Assembly (NCBI GenBank): GCA_964453645.1
Contig: CAYVRJ010000002.1
Span: 25,583-89,582, forward strand
Reading direction: 5' to 3'
Source of the DNA: an uncultured Clostridia bacterium
GTDB lineage: Bacteria > Bacillota > Clostridia > Christensenellales > JAWKQI01
DNA: 64,000 nt
Shown: in pieces, positions 26,912 through 37,172 of the stretch
How the letters are laid out: the number at the start of each line of letters is the position of its first letter
Numbering within the stretch: position 1 is the first letter of the stretch
Made by a program: the position numbers and the translations under genes
Notes under the pieces: model-generated
What the model saw: the letters and a program-made list of their open reading frames with translations, nothing else
Databases searched by the model: none
Told to the model about the DNA's origin: nothing

Positions 26912-27009
26912 AACTTTGCAATGGGAAAACGCCCGCACAGCGTATGTGGGATTGGTTGATGCTGTGCCGCCTGCACTCATGGGGCGTTTACCAATTGGTT
27001 TGCAAAGTT
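26912..27009. repeat. 98-nt imperfect inverted repeat (long hairpin potential)
   Basis: Nested arms pair as AACTTTGCAA/TTGCAAAGTT, AAACGCCC/GGGCGTTT and GCACAGC/GCTGTGC. It lies between the divergent promoters. Confidence 0.45.
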
Positions 27010-27090
27010 GTATTCGGCATATTGTGCAAGAATAGTGCATTGGAGCACTGTGAGAACTTCAAAGACTTTTATCCTATTTTTCGATAAATT

Positions 27091-27119
27091 TTGACAAGTT
27101 GTCCGTTGTAGCTTATAAT
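27091..27119 (+). promoter_or_regulatory. Consensus sigma-A promoter of the lipoprotein gene
   Basis: TTGACA at 27091-27096, exactly 17 nt of spacer, TATAAT at 27114-27119. Confidence 0.7.
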
Positions 27120-27172
27120 AATGCTACATCTTTGTTTATCTTGCATGATTTTAAAAATTTGGAGGATAACGA

Positions 27173-28423
27173 ATGAAAAAGCTCAGTTCTTTAGTTTGTT
27201 TTGTCTTGGCAACCACTCTGCTGATTTTTACAGTGGCATGTGCGGGCGTTCCAACAGAGGCACCGATTTCGTCGGAAACAGCTAAACCGCAGCAAACGGT
27301 TGAAAAAACGCCCGAACCAGAACCAACACCCGAGCCCACCCCTCAGCCCACCCCGGAGCCAGTGGAGGATGCCGTTCTGCAAGAAACAGGGGGGATGTCC
27401 GACGACCCATACGACTTTCAACTCATGCTCAATGGAACACTATACACCTTTCCCATGCCATATTCTGATTTTGTGGCTACGGGATGGGAGCCTTGGAAGG
27501 CCACGATCGAATCGTTAAAACCATCTCAATACGACAGTCTAACATTTGACAACGGCACTGCGAAGTTATTGGTCTATATATTTAATCTGTCAGACGATGT
27601 TGTACCCTTGAATGAATGCCAGATTGGGGGCATTAAAATAGATACCGACAAAGTAACGGCTTCCTTGGCAAAAGGTATTACATTTGGTTCGTCCACTTAC
27701 GACGACATTATTGCAGCATATTCTGACCCTTCAGAGAAATATGACGGCAGTGATTTTAGCTCATTAACCTATGCCACTGGAAGTTACTCTCTCCTAAAAT
27801 TTATGACCAATAAAACCGATAAAAAAATTTCAAATATTGAAATCAAGAATTTTGTGAAATCCGAAAATAAACCAGATAGTACAGCATCGACAGGAGATGT
27901 GCCCGCAGTAGTGAGCCAATATGAAGCACCAAAGGTGTTGGGTGACGATCCCTATTCCTTTCATGTTAAATACAACGGAGTATTGTATCGGCTTCCCGTG
28001 CCAGTTTCTGAACTGTTAAACAACGGTTTCAAGTTGACAAATAAGCCCTACGATTCCGTACGTGCAGGTGACTATAAAACTGGTTTTGACTTTATGGCCA
28101 ACAACCAGAAGCTGACCACTGCGCTCATGAATTATAGCGATCAAGGGGCTCCACCCGAACATTGTTTTGTTACTGAATTGAAATATGACTATTTAGCAAC
28201 CAAGCTTCCTATGGAATTACCCAAAGGGATTACTGAAAAATCTTCACAGGCGGATATCAAAGCAGCATATGGTGAACCTAAAGAGAAGAGTACATCTTCT
28301 ATGTTTGAAACGTGGGAGTATCAAGAAGATAGTGTTTTCTCTTCTATAGTTTTTTATTTCGATATTGAAACAAAGGAAATTAAAATCATTAAAGTAATCA
28401 ACGCACCTAAAAAGTTGAAATAA
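27173..28423 (+). CDS. Lipoprotein with a Pro-rich linker and two tandem copies of an uncharacterised ~150-aa domain
   Basis: GGAGG RBS. Lipobox FTVAC. Linker EPEPTPEPTPQPTPEP. The two repeats share DDPY.F....NG.LY..P.P.S and KGIT..S...DI.AAY..P.EK. Confidence 0.7.
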   Translation: MKKLSSLVCFVLATTLLIFTVACAGVPTEAPISSETAKPQQTVEKTPEPEPTPEPTPQPTPEPVEDAVLQETGGMSDDPYDFQLMLNGTLYTFPMPYSDFVATGWEPWKATIESLKPSQYDSLTFDNGTAKLLVYIFNLSDDVVPLNECQIGGIKIDTDKVTASLAKGITFGSSTYDDIIAAYSDPSEKYDGSDFSSLTYATGSYSLLKFMTNKTDKKISNIEIKNFVKSENKPDSTASTGDVPAVVSQYEAPKVLGDDPYSFHVKYNGVLYRLPVPVSELLNNGFKLTNKPYDSVRAGDYKTGFDFMANNQKLTTALMNYSDQGAPPEHCFVTELKYDYLATKLPMELPKGITEKSSQADIKAAYGEPKEKSTSSMFETWEYQEDSVFSSIVFYFDIETKEIKIIKVINAPKKLK

Positions 28424-28601
28424 GTTAATGATGTATTTTTAAATCGCTGAGTAAACAGCACAAATAAGAACCTGCTGGAATCGAGTCGTTTTTAGTAGGT
28501 TTTTATTTTTAGAATAGAAACCCATATAAAAAAGTGCTTTATTTAATCTACAGTCTGTTGTATAATATATTCGTTTATTAATCAATACGGAGAAATACGC
28601 A

Positions 28602-31067
28602 TTGGCGAGAAAACGTAAACAAAAGAATCATGAGATATACGGCGTAGTACTGATTGCCGTTGCACTCATATTTGCTGTAGCCGTATACAACATTGCAGAA
28701 GGCGGAATAGCTCAAAGTTTAAAAGAGTTCACCTTCGGGTTGTTTGGTATTGCCAGCTATATCCTGCCGGTGGTACTCATTGCGCTGGGTGTTGTTGTCA
28801 TCGCTGACTCAAAGAAAAAGAAGTCCAAGGGTAAGGGTGCTGCAATTGCTGTTGGAAGTTTTGGCATTTTGTCTGTCATTTCTGTCTTTACTTTGGAAGC
28901 TTCCTATTATCAGTTGGACTACCTTGCGTTTCTTGGCCAAACCTATACCCTTTGCGGAAAAAGCAGTGCAGGTGGCGGACTTTTTGGCTCTATATTTCTC
29001 TATCCCCTGTACAGCTTGTTGGGAGCCGTTTTCACATACATCATCCTGTTTGTTATAATTATAATATGTATATTAATCATAACCCGCATATCCATTAAGG
29101 AAATGAGTGTGGATATCGGCAGAGCGTCCAAGAGTGCAGCGTTAAAAGTGGCGGACAACGTATCCCGTGTGAGAGAAACCTATCAAAAGAAACGAGCCAA
29201 GCTGTACATCGACGAGATCGAGGTGCCCGAAGAGCCGGACAACAACAATTATCTGTTTGTAGATGACGATGAACCTCTTCCCCGGGTGAGGCACAGGATG
29301 CACACCCCTCCCCCCGAGAGTCCTCGAAAGCAACGCCACGAAAAGACAGTGTTTTCATCAGATGAACTTGGTTTCTCTCCCGTTGAAGAACCAATGGAAA
29401 TGAATATCCCCCTCGCTCAGTTCGTAACAGATGAACAAGTATCAGATGAGCAAAATGACGATTTTAGATCGAATGGTTTAGATGCGTTGGAAGAAGTGCC
29501 CCCTCCTTGGCAAGAGCCAATCAAGGTGATCCACGAGGAGTACAGAGAGGACGATATCTCTGTGAAAGAGCAATACGTGCCAAAGGAACAGTATGGAAAT
29601 GTGCATCACCACACGTTTAAAACTGTTGATAACTATGCGCGGCCAACGGCAGATCTGCTGGTGAAACCTCCCTTTAAGGCTCGGAAAAACGCCATGGAAG
29701 CAACCATGCGCAAGGCGACGCTGCTGGAGGAAACCCTGCTCTCCTTTGGTGTGAAGGCAAAGGTGATCGATGTGAGTAGAGGCCCTGTGGTGACCCGCTA
29801 TGAGTTGCAGCCCGCACCGGGTGTAAAAATATCCCGCATCGTGCAGTTGGCAGATGATATTGCGCTGAATTTAGCTGCTCCCCGGGTGCGCATAGAAGCC
29901 CCTATTCCCGGCAAAGCGGCAGTGGGTATTGAAATACCCAATTCTGAGGTGGACAGCGTATACATTTACGACATGCTCACTTCTCAGGATTATGTCAACT
30001 TTGCGAGAAAAGCAGTGCTGCCCTTTGCACTGGGACAAGACCTTGCGGGTAAAAACATTTATGCAGATTTAAACGCCATGCCCCACATGCTGGTGGCAGG
30101 TTCCACCGGTTCGGGAAAGAGCGTGTGCATCAACACAATTATTATCAGCATGCTCATGAACTCCACCCCCGAAGAGGTGCGCATGATCATGGTGGATCCA
30201 AAAGTTGTGGAACTTTCGGTTTATAACGACATTCCCCACTTGATGGTGCCAGTGGTGACCGATCCTAAAAAAGCGGCTAGCGCCCTCAACTGGGCGGTAT
30301 CCGAGATGACCAACCGGTATAAAATGTTTGCCGCACGAGGGGCCAAAGATTTAAAACGATACAACGCCTTACTTGCGGAAGATGAAGAAAAACTACCCTA
30401 TTTAGTCATCATCATCGACGAACTTGCAGATCTAATGATGGTGTGCCAAAACGAGGTGGAGGAAGCAATATGCCGCATCGCCCAGTTGGGCCGTGCCAGT
30501 GGAATACACCTAATCATCGCAACCCAGCGGCCGTCGGTAGACGTAATCACCGGCATTATTAAGGCAAACATCCCCTCGAGAATTGCCTTTGCGGTGTCCA
30601 GCCAAATTGACTCCCGCACCATTTTAGACATGGCGGGTGCAGAAAAACTGTTGGGCAAGGGGGACATGCTCTATTACCCCATCGGCGTACCCAAACCCAT
30701 TCGCGTGCAGGGTGCGTTTATTCAAGACAAGGAAGTGGAAAACATTACAGACTTCCTAAAAACCTATACGGAAGCGAATTACGACGAAGAGATCATAAAC
30801 AACCTGTCCGCACCTATTGCTGCCGGCGGGGAGGAAGATGAAGAGGCAGATGTGCTGCTGCCCAGAGCCATTGAGGTGGGATTGGAGTTTGGAAGTGTTT
30901 CCATCTCTATGATCCAGCGAAGGTTAAGGGTTGGATATGCCCGTGCAGCAAGGCTGTTGGATGAAATGGAAGTTAGGGGACTGGTCAGCGTGTTTGAAGG
31001 GTCGAAACCCAGGCAGATGCTCATAACCAGGGAAGAGTTCGAGCGATTAAACAGGGAGGCAAAATAA
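28602..31067 (+). CDS. ftsK: DNA translocase FtsK/SpoIIIE
   Basis: N-terminal TM helices, Walker A GSTGSGKS, Walker B IIIDELADL, and a gamma winged-helix (MIQRRLRVGYARAARLLDEME). Confidence 0.9.
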   Translation: MARKRKQKNHEIYGVVLIAVALIFAVAVYNIAEGGIAQSLKEFTFGLFGIASYILPVVLIALGVVVIADSKKKKSKGKGAAIAVGSFGILSVISVFTLEASYYQLDYLAFLGQTYTLCGKSSAGGGLFGSIFLYPLYSLLGAVFTYIILFVIIIICILIITRISIKEMSVDIGRASKSAALKVADNVSRVRETYQKKRAKLYIDEIEVPEEPDNNNYLFVDDDEPLPRVRHRMHTPPPESPRKQRHEKTVFSSDELGFSPVEEPMEMNIPLAQFVTDEQVSDEQNDDFRSNGLDALEEVPPPWQEPIKVIHEEYREDDISVKEQYVPKEQYGNVHHHTFKTVDNYARPTADLLVKPPFKARKNAMEATMRKATLLEETLLSFGVKAKVIDVSRGPVVTRYELQPAPGVKISRIVQLADDIALNLAAPRVRIEAPIPGKAAVGIEIPNSEVDSVYIYDMLTSQDYVNFARKAVLPFALGQDLAGKNIYADLNAMPHMLVAGSTGSGKSVCINTIIISMLMNSTPEEVRMIMVDPKVVELSVYNDIPHLMVPVVTDPKKAASALNWAVSEMTNRYKMFAARGAKDLKRYNALLAEDEEKLPYLVIIIDELADLMMVCQNEVEEAICRIAQLGRASGIHLIIATQRPSVDVITGIIKANIPSRIAFAVSSQIDSRTILDMAGAEKLLGKGDMLYYPIGVPKPIRVQGAFIQDKEVENITDFLKTYTEANYDEEIINNLSAPIAAGGEEDEEADVLLPRAIEVGLEFGSVSISMIQRRLRVGYARAARLLDEMEVRGLVSVFEGSKPRQMLITREEFERLNREAK

Positions 31068-32392
31068 TGAAACCTCTAAAACTTGGAGTGATATCTCTGG
31101 GGTGTTCCAAAAACAGGGTGGATACCGAATATATGTTGGGAATATTAAAGCGCAGGGGAGTCACCTTTACGTCTGATCCCAAAGATGCGGAAGCAATACT
31201 CATCAACACCTGCGGGTTTATCGGAGATGCAAAGCAGGAATCCATCAATACCATACTGGAAATGGCAGAGTTTAAAAAGACGGGCAAGCTCAAGTGCCTC
31301 ATCGTTGCGGGATGCCTGTCTCAGCGCTATGGTCAGGAATTGGCAGATGAGATGCCCGAAGTAGATGTGTTTTTAGGGGCATATAATTTCGAAGACATCG
31401 CCGATGCCTTGGAATACGCCATGTCAGGCAGAAGATTTTTAAGCTTTGCCAAGACCACAAGTGAGATGGATTATTCCAAGCGTTTTTTAACAACCCCCCA
31501 CTATTCCGCCTATGTGAAAATTGGTGAAGGGTGTTCCAACTGTTGCAGCTATTGTGCAATCCCCCTCATTAAAGGCCAGTATCGAAGCAGAAGTTTTAAA
31601 AGTGTGATCGATGAAATTAAAAAGCTGGCAGACGGCGGTGTGAAAGAGATTGTTCTCATCTCCCAAGACACAACCAAGTTCGGCACCGATACCGAAGAGG
31701 GTAATCTTGCCGATCTGCTGCGAAAGATGCGGAGCATTTCGGGCATCGAATGGATACGGGTGCTCTACACCTATCCCGACGGCATCACCAAACAGTTGAT
31801 TGAAACCATGTTGCAAGATGCGCGCATATGCAAGTATTTGGATATGCCCATCCAGCACATTAGTAACGGTGTGTTAAAGGCCATGAACCGCAAGAGTTCA
31901 AAGGAACAGATTTATAAAAAAGTGGATATGATACGCAGTTTAGATAAAAACTTTTCCCTGCGCACCTCCTTGATAACCGGGTTTCCGGGGGAGACGAGAG
32001 ATCAGCACGCAGAGCTCATGTCGGCACTGAAAGAACTGTGCTTTGACAATGCTGGAGTGTTTATCTACTCTCAGGAAGAGGGCACAAAAGCTGCAAAGAT
32101 GGAACAACTGCCCGACGAGACAAAAAAGATGCGCTACGAGGAGCTCATGCGGGTGCAAGCAAATATTTCGGCACACCGCAACGAAAAGCGTTTGGGTCGG
32201 GAATACGATGTGCTGGTGGAGGGTTTTGATCACCACATAAACCGCTATTACGGCAGAGCGTACTTTCAGGCGCCGGAGGTGGACGGAAAGATATTCTTGC
32301 GGGATTGCGGCAAAGAGCTGAAAGCCGGTGAATTTATGAAAACTAAGATTGAAAAAGCATATGACTACGATCTTTTGGGGGTGCTCATTTGA
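31067..32392 (+). CDS. rimO: Ribosomal protein S12 methylthiotransferase
   Basis: MTTase N-terminal domain, radical-SAM CxxxCxxC (CSNCCSYC) and a TRAM-like C-terminus. TAATG overlap with ftsK. Confidence 0.85.
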   Translation: MKPLKLGVISLGCSKNRVDTEYMLGILKRRGVTFTSDPKDAEAILINTCGFIGDAKQESINTILEMAEFKKTGKLKCLIVAGCLSQRYGQELADEMPEVDVFLGAYNFEDIADALEYAMSGRRFLSFAKTTSEMDYSKRFLTTPHYSAYVKIGEGCSNCCSYCAIPLIKGQYRSRSFKSVIDEIKKLADGGVKEIVLISQDTTKFGTDTEEGNLADLLRKMRSISGIEWIRVLYTYPDGITKQLIETMLQDARICKYLDMPIQHISNGVLKAMNRKSSKEQIYKKVDMIRSLDKNFSLRTSLITGFPGETRDQHAELMSALKELCFDNAGVFIYSQEEGTKAAKMEQLPDETKKMRYEELMRVQANISAHRNEKRLGREYDVLVEGFDHHINRYYGRAYFQAPEVDGKIFLRDCGKELKAGEFMKTKIEKAYDYDLLGVLI

Positions 32393-32955
32393 ACTTACCT
32401 AACAAATTGACATTCTTTCGGGTTTTGCTGATACCCGTGTTCATCGTTTTCTTCTTCCTCAAGATACCGGGGAACTATCTGTATGCCTGCGGGATATTTA
32501 TTGTTGCCAGCATTACAGATGTTTTAGACGGTGCCATTGCACGAAAACACAACTTAGTTACAACCATGGGGAAATTACTAGACCCAATCGCCGACAAGCT
32601 GTTGGTGGGTTCGGCCATCATTTTGCTGTGTACACAGGGTATGATCGACCCCGTGCTGGCTATTGTTCTGATTGGCAGAGAGTTTGTCATATCCGGATTT
32701 AGGGTGGTGGCCGCTGCCGAGGGGCTGATCTTAGCTGCCGATGTGCTGGGTAAGATGAAAACCGTCATTCAATCTGTTGCAATCGGATTCATTTTATTTT
32801 CCATGAACGGAGTGGACAATGGCTGTATAAGCGTTGAATTTATTGCTGCCATTGTTGGGCAGGTACTCATTTGGTTGAGTGGTGCACTCTCCATCATCTC
32901 CTGTGCAAATTATATAATAAAGAATAGATCAGTACTGAAAGATATTAATAAATAA
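32389..32955 (+). CDS. pgsA: CDP-diacylglycerol--glycerol-3-phosphate 3-phosphatidyltransferase
   Basis: CDP-alcohol phosphotransferase motif DVLDGAIAR...G..LDPIADK. Confidence 0.9.
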   Translation: MNLPNKLTFFRVLLIPVFIVFFFLKIPGNYLYACGIFIVASITDVLDGAIARKHNLVTTMGKLLDPIADKLLVGSAIILLCTQGMIDPVLAIVLIGREFVISGFRVVAAAEGLILAADVLGKMKTVIQSVAIGFILFSMNGVDNGCISVEFIAAIVGQVLIWLSGALSIISCANYIIKNRSVLKDINK

Positions 32956-32971
32956 AGGGGTAGAGGTTTAC

Positions 32972-33985
32972 ATGGAAAAAGAAAAGGCATTGGAGGCTGC
33001 GCTTAACCAGATAGAAAAACAGTTCGGCAAGGGAGCTGTGATGAAGCTGGGTGACAGTGCGGCAAATCATACAATAGAAGTCATTTCCACCGGGTGTTTG
33101 GAGCTGGATTTAGCCTTGGGGGTGGGGGGTGTACCCAAGGGCAGAATTGTGGAGGTGTTTGGCCCCGAATCCTCGGGTAAAACAACTGTTGCCCTGCACA
33201 TGGTTGCAGAAGCACAAAAGCTGGGCGGCGCTGCCGCATTCATCGATGCAGAGCATGCGCTGGACCCTCAGTATGCCAAAAACCTAGGGGTGGACATCGA
33301 CAACTTATACGTCTCTCAGCCCGATACGGGGGAACAAGCGTTGGAAATTTGCGAAGCCATGGTGAGAAGTGGTGCCATCGATATCATCGTTGTGGATTCC
33401 GTTGCAGCGCTGGTGCCCAAAGCGGAGATCGACGGCGAGATGGGTTCTTCCCACGTGGGGTTGCAGGCAAGGCTTATGTCTCAAGCCCTGCGCAAGCTGG
33501 CAGGCGTTATTTCTAAATCCAACACCATTGCTGTGTTTATCAACCAATTGCGTGAAAAGGTGGGGGTTATGTACGGTTCTCCCGAGACGACCCCGGGCGG
33601 CAGAGCCCTTAAGTTCTACGCTTCAGTGCGGTTGGACGTTCGCCGTACCGAGACGATTAAAGAGGGAGAAAACATGATCGGCAACCGCACCAAAATTAAG
33701 GTTGTGAAAAACAAGGTTGCACCTCCCTTTAAAACTGCTGAGTTCGACATTTTCTACGGAAAGGGAATCTCCAAGGAGTCCAGCGTATTGAATCTTGGAC
33801 TGACTTTTGGTATAATCAAGAAGAGTGGCTCTTGGTTCTCCTACGAGACGACCAGATTGGCACAGGGCCGAGACAATGTGCGCAAATTCCTGTCCGAAAA
33901 CCCTGAGCTGTACGAGGAAATCAAAGAAAAGGTCATGAAAGAATATAAACCCACTGCATCGGCAGAGGGCGAATCCGATGAGTAA
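32972..33985 (+). CDS. recA: Recombinase A
   Basis: Unmistakable RecA sequence ([25 protein letters not shown]). Confidence 0.97.
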   Translation: MEKEKALEAALNQIEKQFGKGAVMKLGDSAANHTIEVISTGCLELDLALGVGGVPKGRIVEVFGPESSGKTTVALHMVAEAQKLGGAAAFIDAEHALDPQYAKNLGVDIDNLYVSQPDTGEQALEICEAMVRSGAIDIIVVDSVAALVPKAEIDGEMGSSHVGLQARLMSQALRKLAGVISKSNTIAVFINQLREKVGVMYGSPETTPGGRALKFYASVRLDVRRTETIKEGENMIGNRTKIKVVKNKVAPPFKTAEFDIFYGKGISKESSVLNLGLTFGIIKKSGSWFSYETTRLAQGRDNVRKFLSENPELYEEIKEKVMKEYKPTASAEGESDE

Positions 33986-34085
33986 AAACATATTTAAATT
34001 TATTATAATTTTGGTGTTCACGCTGTGTGTACTATTTATCATTGCAGCATGTGCGCCTGAACTGGAGAATTTATGGCAGAGTTGA
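33978..34085 (+). CDS. Candidate 35-aa prelipoprotein-like micro-ORF ([35 protein letters not shown])
   Basis: Hand-translated, below the ORF-track size cutoff. GAGGG at 33965-33969 lies 8 nt before the ATG. It has a K-containing n-region, a hydrophobic core and the lipobox IAAC. It fills the whole recA-asnA gap and overlaps both genes. Confidence 0.3.
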   Translation: MSKNIFKFIIILVFTLCVLFIIAACAPELENLWQS

Positions 34086-35080
34086 TAACACCCAAAGGTT
34101 ATTCTTCCGCTCTGAGCATTCGAGAGACGGAAAAGGCGATCAAGTTTATTAAGGACACATTTGAGAGAAATTTTGCGGATGCACTAAATTTGGAACGAGT
34201 CTCTGCACCCCTGTTCGTTCGACCCGAATCCGGTTTGAACGACAACTTAAACGGCATCGAGCGTCCCGTCAGCTTTGACATCAAATCTATCCAGGCCGAT
34301 GTGGAAATTGTTCAATCTCTGGCTAAGTGGAAGCGTTTGGCGCTCAAACGCTACGGTTTTGGCGTGGGTGAGGGGCTGTATACGGACATGGATGCCATCC
34401 GCCGGGATGAAGATTTAGACAACCTGCACTCGGTGTATGTGGATCAGTGGGACTGGGAGATGGTGATCTCTGAAGAACAGCGCAACACAGAGACTTTAAA
34501 AGCTGTTGTCAACAAAATTGTAGCTGCTCTTGCTAAGACAGAAAAGCAAGTGATTGAAAAATATCCCCAAGTGGGCTGTGAAATAAACAACGAAGCACAT
34601 TTTATCACCACCCAAGAGCTTTTTGATAAATACCCCGATTTATCCCCTAAAGAGAGGGAGGATCAAATAGCAAAAGAATACGGAACTGTATTTATTATGC
34701 AGATCGGTGGCAAGCTAAGGGATGGCAACAAACACGACGGACGCTCCCCCGACTACGACGATTGGAGCCTCAACGGAGACATTATCGTTTGGAATAAGGT
34801 GTTAAACCGTGCCTTTGAGCTTTCCAGTATGGGCATTCGGGTGAATAGCCAAACACTGCTCAGCCAGTTAAAAGAAGCAAATTGTGAAGATCGGCTCAAG
34901 CTGGAATTTCACAAATTACTTGCCGACAATCAACTTCCCCAAACCATGGGTGGAGGCATTGGTCAATCCAGATTATGTATGCTGATGCTGAACAAGGCTC
35001 ACATTGGCGAAGTACAGTCTTCCGTTTGGCAGGACGAGATGTTTAAAGCGTGTGCCAGTGCAGGGATTAACCTGCTGTAA
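34073..35080 (+). CDS. asnA: Aspartate--ammonia ligase (asparagine synthetase A)
   Basis: Close match to my memory of E. coli AsnA blocks (SLAKWKR, HSVYVDQWDWE). Confidence 0.9.
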   Translation: MAELITPKGYSSALSIRETEKAIKFIKDTFERNFADALNLERVSAPLFVRPESGLNDNLNGIERPVSFDIKSIQADVEIVQSLAKWKRLALKRYGFGVGEGLYTDMDAIRRDEDLDNLHSVYVDQWDWEMVISEEQRNTETLKAVVNKIVAALAKTEKQVIEKYPQVGCEINNEAHFITTQELFDKYPDLSPKEREDQIAKEYGTVFIMQIGGKLRDGNKHDGRSPDYDDWSLNGDIIVWNKVLNRAFELSSMGIRVNSQTLLSQLKEANCEDRLKLEFHKLLADNQLPQTMGGGIGQSRLCMLMLNKAHIGEVQSSVWQDEMFKACASAGINLL

Positions 35081-35098
35081 GACATGAGAGGTGTATAA

Positions 35099-36487
35099 AT
35101 GAAGAGGACATACTTAAGAGAAATAGTGAACGACCCAAAGGGGTTTAGTGAGGTAACCGTCTGTGGGTTTGCAAGGACCATTCGGGATTCCAAACACATC
35201 GGGTTTGTTGAACTCAACGACGGAAGCTGCTTTGAATCTGTTCAGGTGGTGTTGGAACAGGATAAACTTCAAAACTTTGCAGCGGTAGTCAAACAAAACG
35301 TGGGATGTGCACTGGTGGTTACGGGTGAAATTAAGCTCACTCCCGAGGCCCAGCAGCCCTTTGAAATTGTTGCAACTGCCATTGAAATCGAGGGTACATC
35401 TGCACCTGAGTATCCCCTGCAAAAGAAACGGCATTCGCTGGAGTATTTGAGGAGCATTGCGCACCTGCGCCCACGAACCAACACGTTTAATGCGGCGTTC
35501 CGCTTGCGTTCGGAAATTTCATTTGCCATACACGAGTTTTTTAACAAGCGTGGATTTGTTTACGTCCACACCCCAATTATCACGGGAAGTGATGCAGAGG
35601 GTGCGGGGGATATGTTTAGGGTATCCACTCTTTCGGATAAAACACCACCCCTCACTCAAGGGGGGGATGTAGATTACGCCCAAGATTTTTTTGCAAAGCA
35701 AACCAACCTAACGGTTTCCGGCCAGTTGGAAGCAGAGACTTTTGCCCTGGCCTTTGGCAACGTCTATACCTTTGGGCCGACGTTCCGTGCTGAAAACTCC
35801 AACACTGCCCGCCATGCAGCGGAGTTTTGGATGATTGAGCCAGAGATTGCCTTTGCAGATCTGAACGACGACATGGACTTAGCGGAGGACATGATCAAGT
35901 ATCTCATCAACTACGCACTGAAAAACTGTGGCAGTGAGATGGCTTTTTTCAATAAGTTTATGGACGACACCATTCTTCACAGGTTAAACAGTTTGGCAAA
36001 TGCAAACTTTGCCAGAATAACGTATACCGAAGCCATTGAGATTCTTGAAAAACACAAGGATAAGTTTGAATTCCCCGTATTCTGGGGCTGTGATTTACAG
36101 ACAGAACACGAGCGGTTTTTAACAGAAACGGCATTAAAATGCCCTGTGTTTGTAACAAATTATCCAAAGGAGATCAAAGCGTTCTACATGCGTCTCAACG
36201 ATGACGACAAAACCGTTGCAGCCATGGACTTGCTGGTGCCGGGTGTGGGCGAGATTATCGGTGGTTCTCAGCGCGAAGAGCGGTTGGATATACTAGAACA
36301 TCGCATGAAAGACATCGGTCTGTCGGACGAGGACTACTGGTGGTATTTAGACTTGCGAAAATACGGCGGAACAAAACACGCAGGGTTTGGATTGGGTCTG
36401 GAGAGGTTTTTAATGTATATCTCGGGTATTTCAAACATTCGAGACATCATTCCCTTCCCCAGAACCCCGGGAACTGCTGAGTTTTAA
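35099..36487 (+). CDS. asnS: Asparagine--tRNA ligase
   Basis: Class IIb aaRS with an OB-fold N-terminus. Motifs [10 protein letters not shown] and GFGLGLER. Confidence 0.93.
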   Translation: MKRTYLREIVNDPKGFSEVTVCGFARTIRDSKHIGFVELNDGSCFESVQVVLEQDKLQNFAAVVKQNVGCALVVTGEIKLTPEAQQPFEIVATAIEIEGTSAPEYPLQKKRHSLEYLRSIAHLRPRTNTFNAAFRLRSEISFAIHEFFNKRGFVYVHTPIITGSDAEGAGDMFRVSTLSDKTPPLTQGGDVDYAQDFFAKQTNLTVSGQLEAETFALAFGNVYTFGPTFRAENSNTARHAAEFWMIEPEIAFADLNDDMDLAEDMIKYLINYALKNCGSEMAFFNKFMDDTILHRLNSLANANFARITYTEAIEILEKHKDKFEFPVFWGCDLQTEHERFLTETALKCPVFVTNYPKEIKAFYMRLNDDDKTVAAMDLLVPGVGEIIGGSQREERLDILEHRMKDIGLSDEDYWWYLDLRKYGGTKHAGFGLGLERFLMYISGISNIRDIIPFPRTPGTAEF

Positions 36488-37044
36488 CCCAGCAATCGTT
36501 CAATGGTCGTATTGAGTTTTTCTTCCGAAATGGCACCAATGGTGAAATCCACAATATTGCCGTTGCGGTCGATAAACAGTGTGGTGGGATATGAATCAAT
36601 GCCCAACACTTTGTACGAATAGAGATCCACATCATAATAAACGGGGAAAGTGTAGCCGTTGTCATCAATGTATGCCTTTCCCTTTTCTGTTGTCTCACGG
36701 CCGCCGTCGGGCACGTCTAACATCATGATATTCACCTGATCGCCGTACTTTTCATAAGCTTTTTCAAAGTAGGGCATTTCATCCTTGCAATAGACACACC
36801 AAGATGTCCAAAAGTTCACGATGGTGGGCTTTGAGTAGAAACTGGAAAGGGTGTAACCGTTGCCCGCAAAGTCGTACACAATCATCTCGGGCATTACGGT
36901 TGTTTCTCCCTCTGGCTGGGTCGACTGGGGAGTTACGGAACCGGACAGCGCATTGTACAGGATAACAACGCCAAAGAGCAGTGCCACAAAGGCTAGGGAA
37001 TAGATCAATAATTTTGTATTTTTTTTCAAAACTTCTTCCTCCAT
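36484..37044 (-). CDS. Membrane-anchored TlpA/ResA-like thiol-disulfide oxidoreductase
   Basis: N-terminal TM anchor and the thioredoxin motif WTSWCVYC. Confidence 0.8.
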   Translation of the reverse strand: MEEEVLKKNTKLLIYSLAFVALLFGVVILYNALSGSVTPQSTQPEGETTVMPEMIVYDFAGNGYTLSSFYSKPTIVNFWTSWCVYCKDEMPYFEKAYEKYGDQVNIMMLDVPDGGRETTEKGKAYIDDNGYTFPVYYDVDLYSYKVLGIDSYPTTLFIDRNGNIVDFTIGAISEEKLNTTIERLLG

Positions 37045-37172
37045 TGTATCTTCCTTATATTATAACAAATTATAATAATTTTTAAATACTTTTCGGATAT
37101 CTTTAAAATCACTTGACGTTTCTATGAAAATAATACAAAATTATAGTGACTAAATATACTGGAGAGAAATGC

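Noticed and set aside
26846-27040. 64-aa minus-strand ORF covering the long inverted repeat upstream of the ATPase gene
   Set aside because: It has no Shine-Dalgarno sequence and overlaps the ATPase promoter. Its reading frame is an incidental product of the palindrome.
26789-27060. Possible yybP-ykoY (Mn2+) or other metal riboswitch ahead of the P-type ATPase
   Set aside because: I could not find the conserved GGGGAGUAG-type elements. The best promoter (26861-26889) lies downstream of the structured region, so that region would not be in the mRNA leader.
33986-34072. T-box or other leader upstream of asnA/asnS
   Set aside because: The gap is only 87 nt. No specifier-loop or T-box-like sequence is visible.
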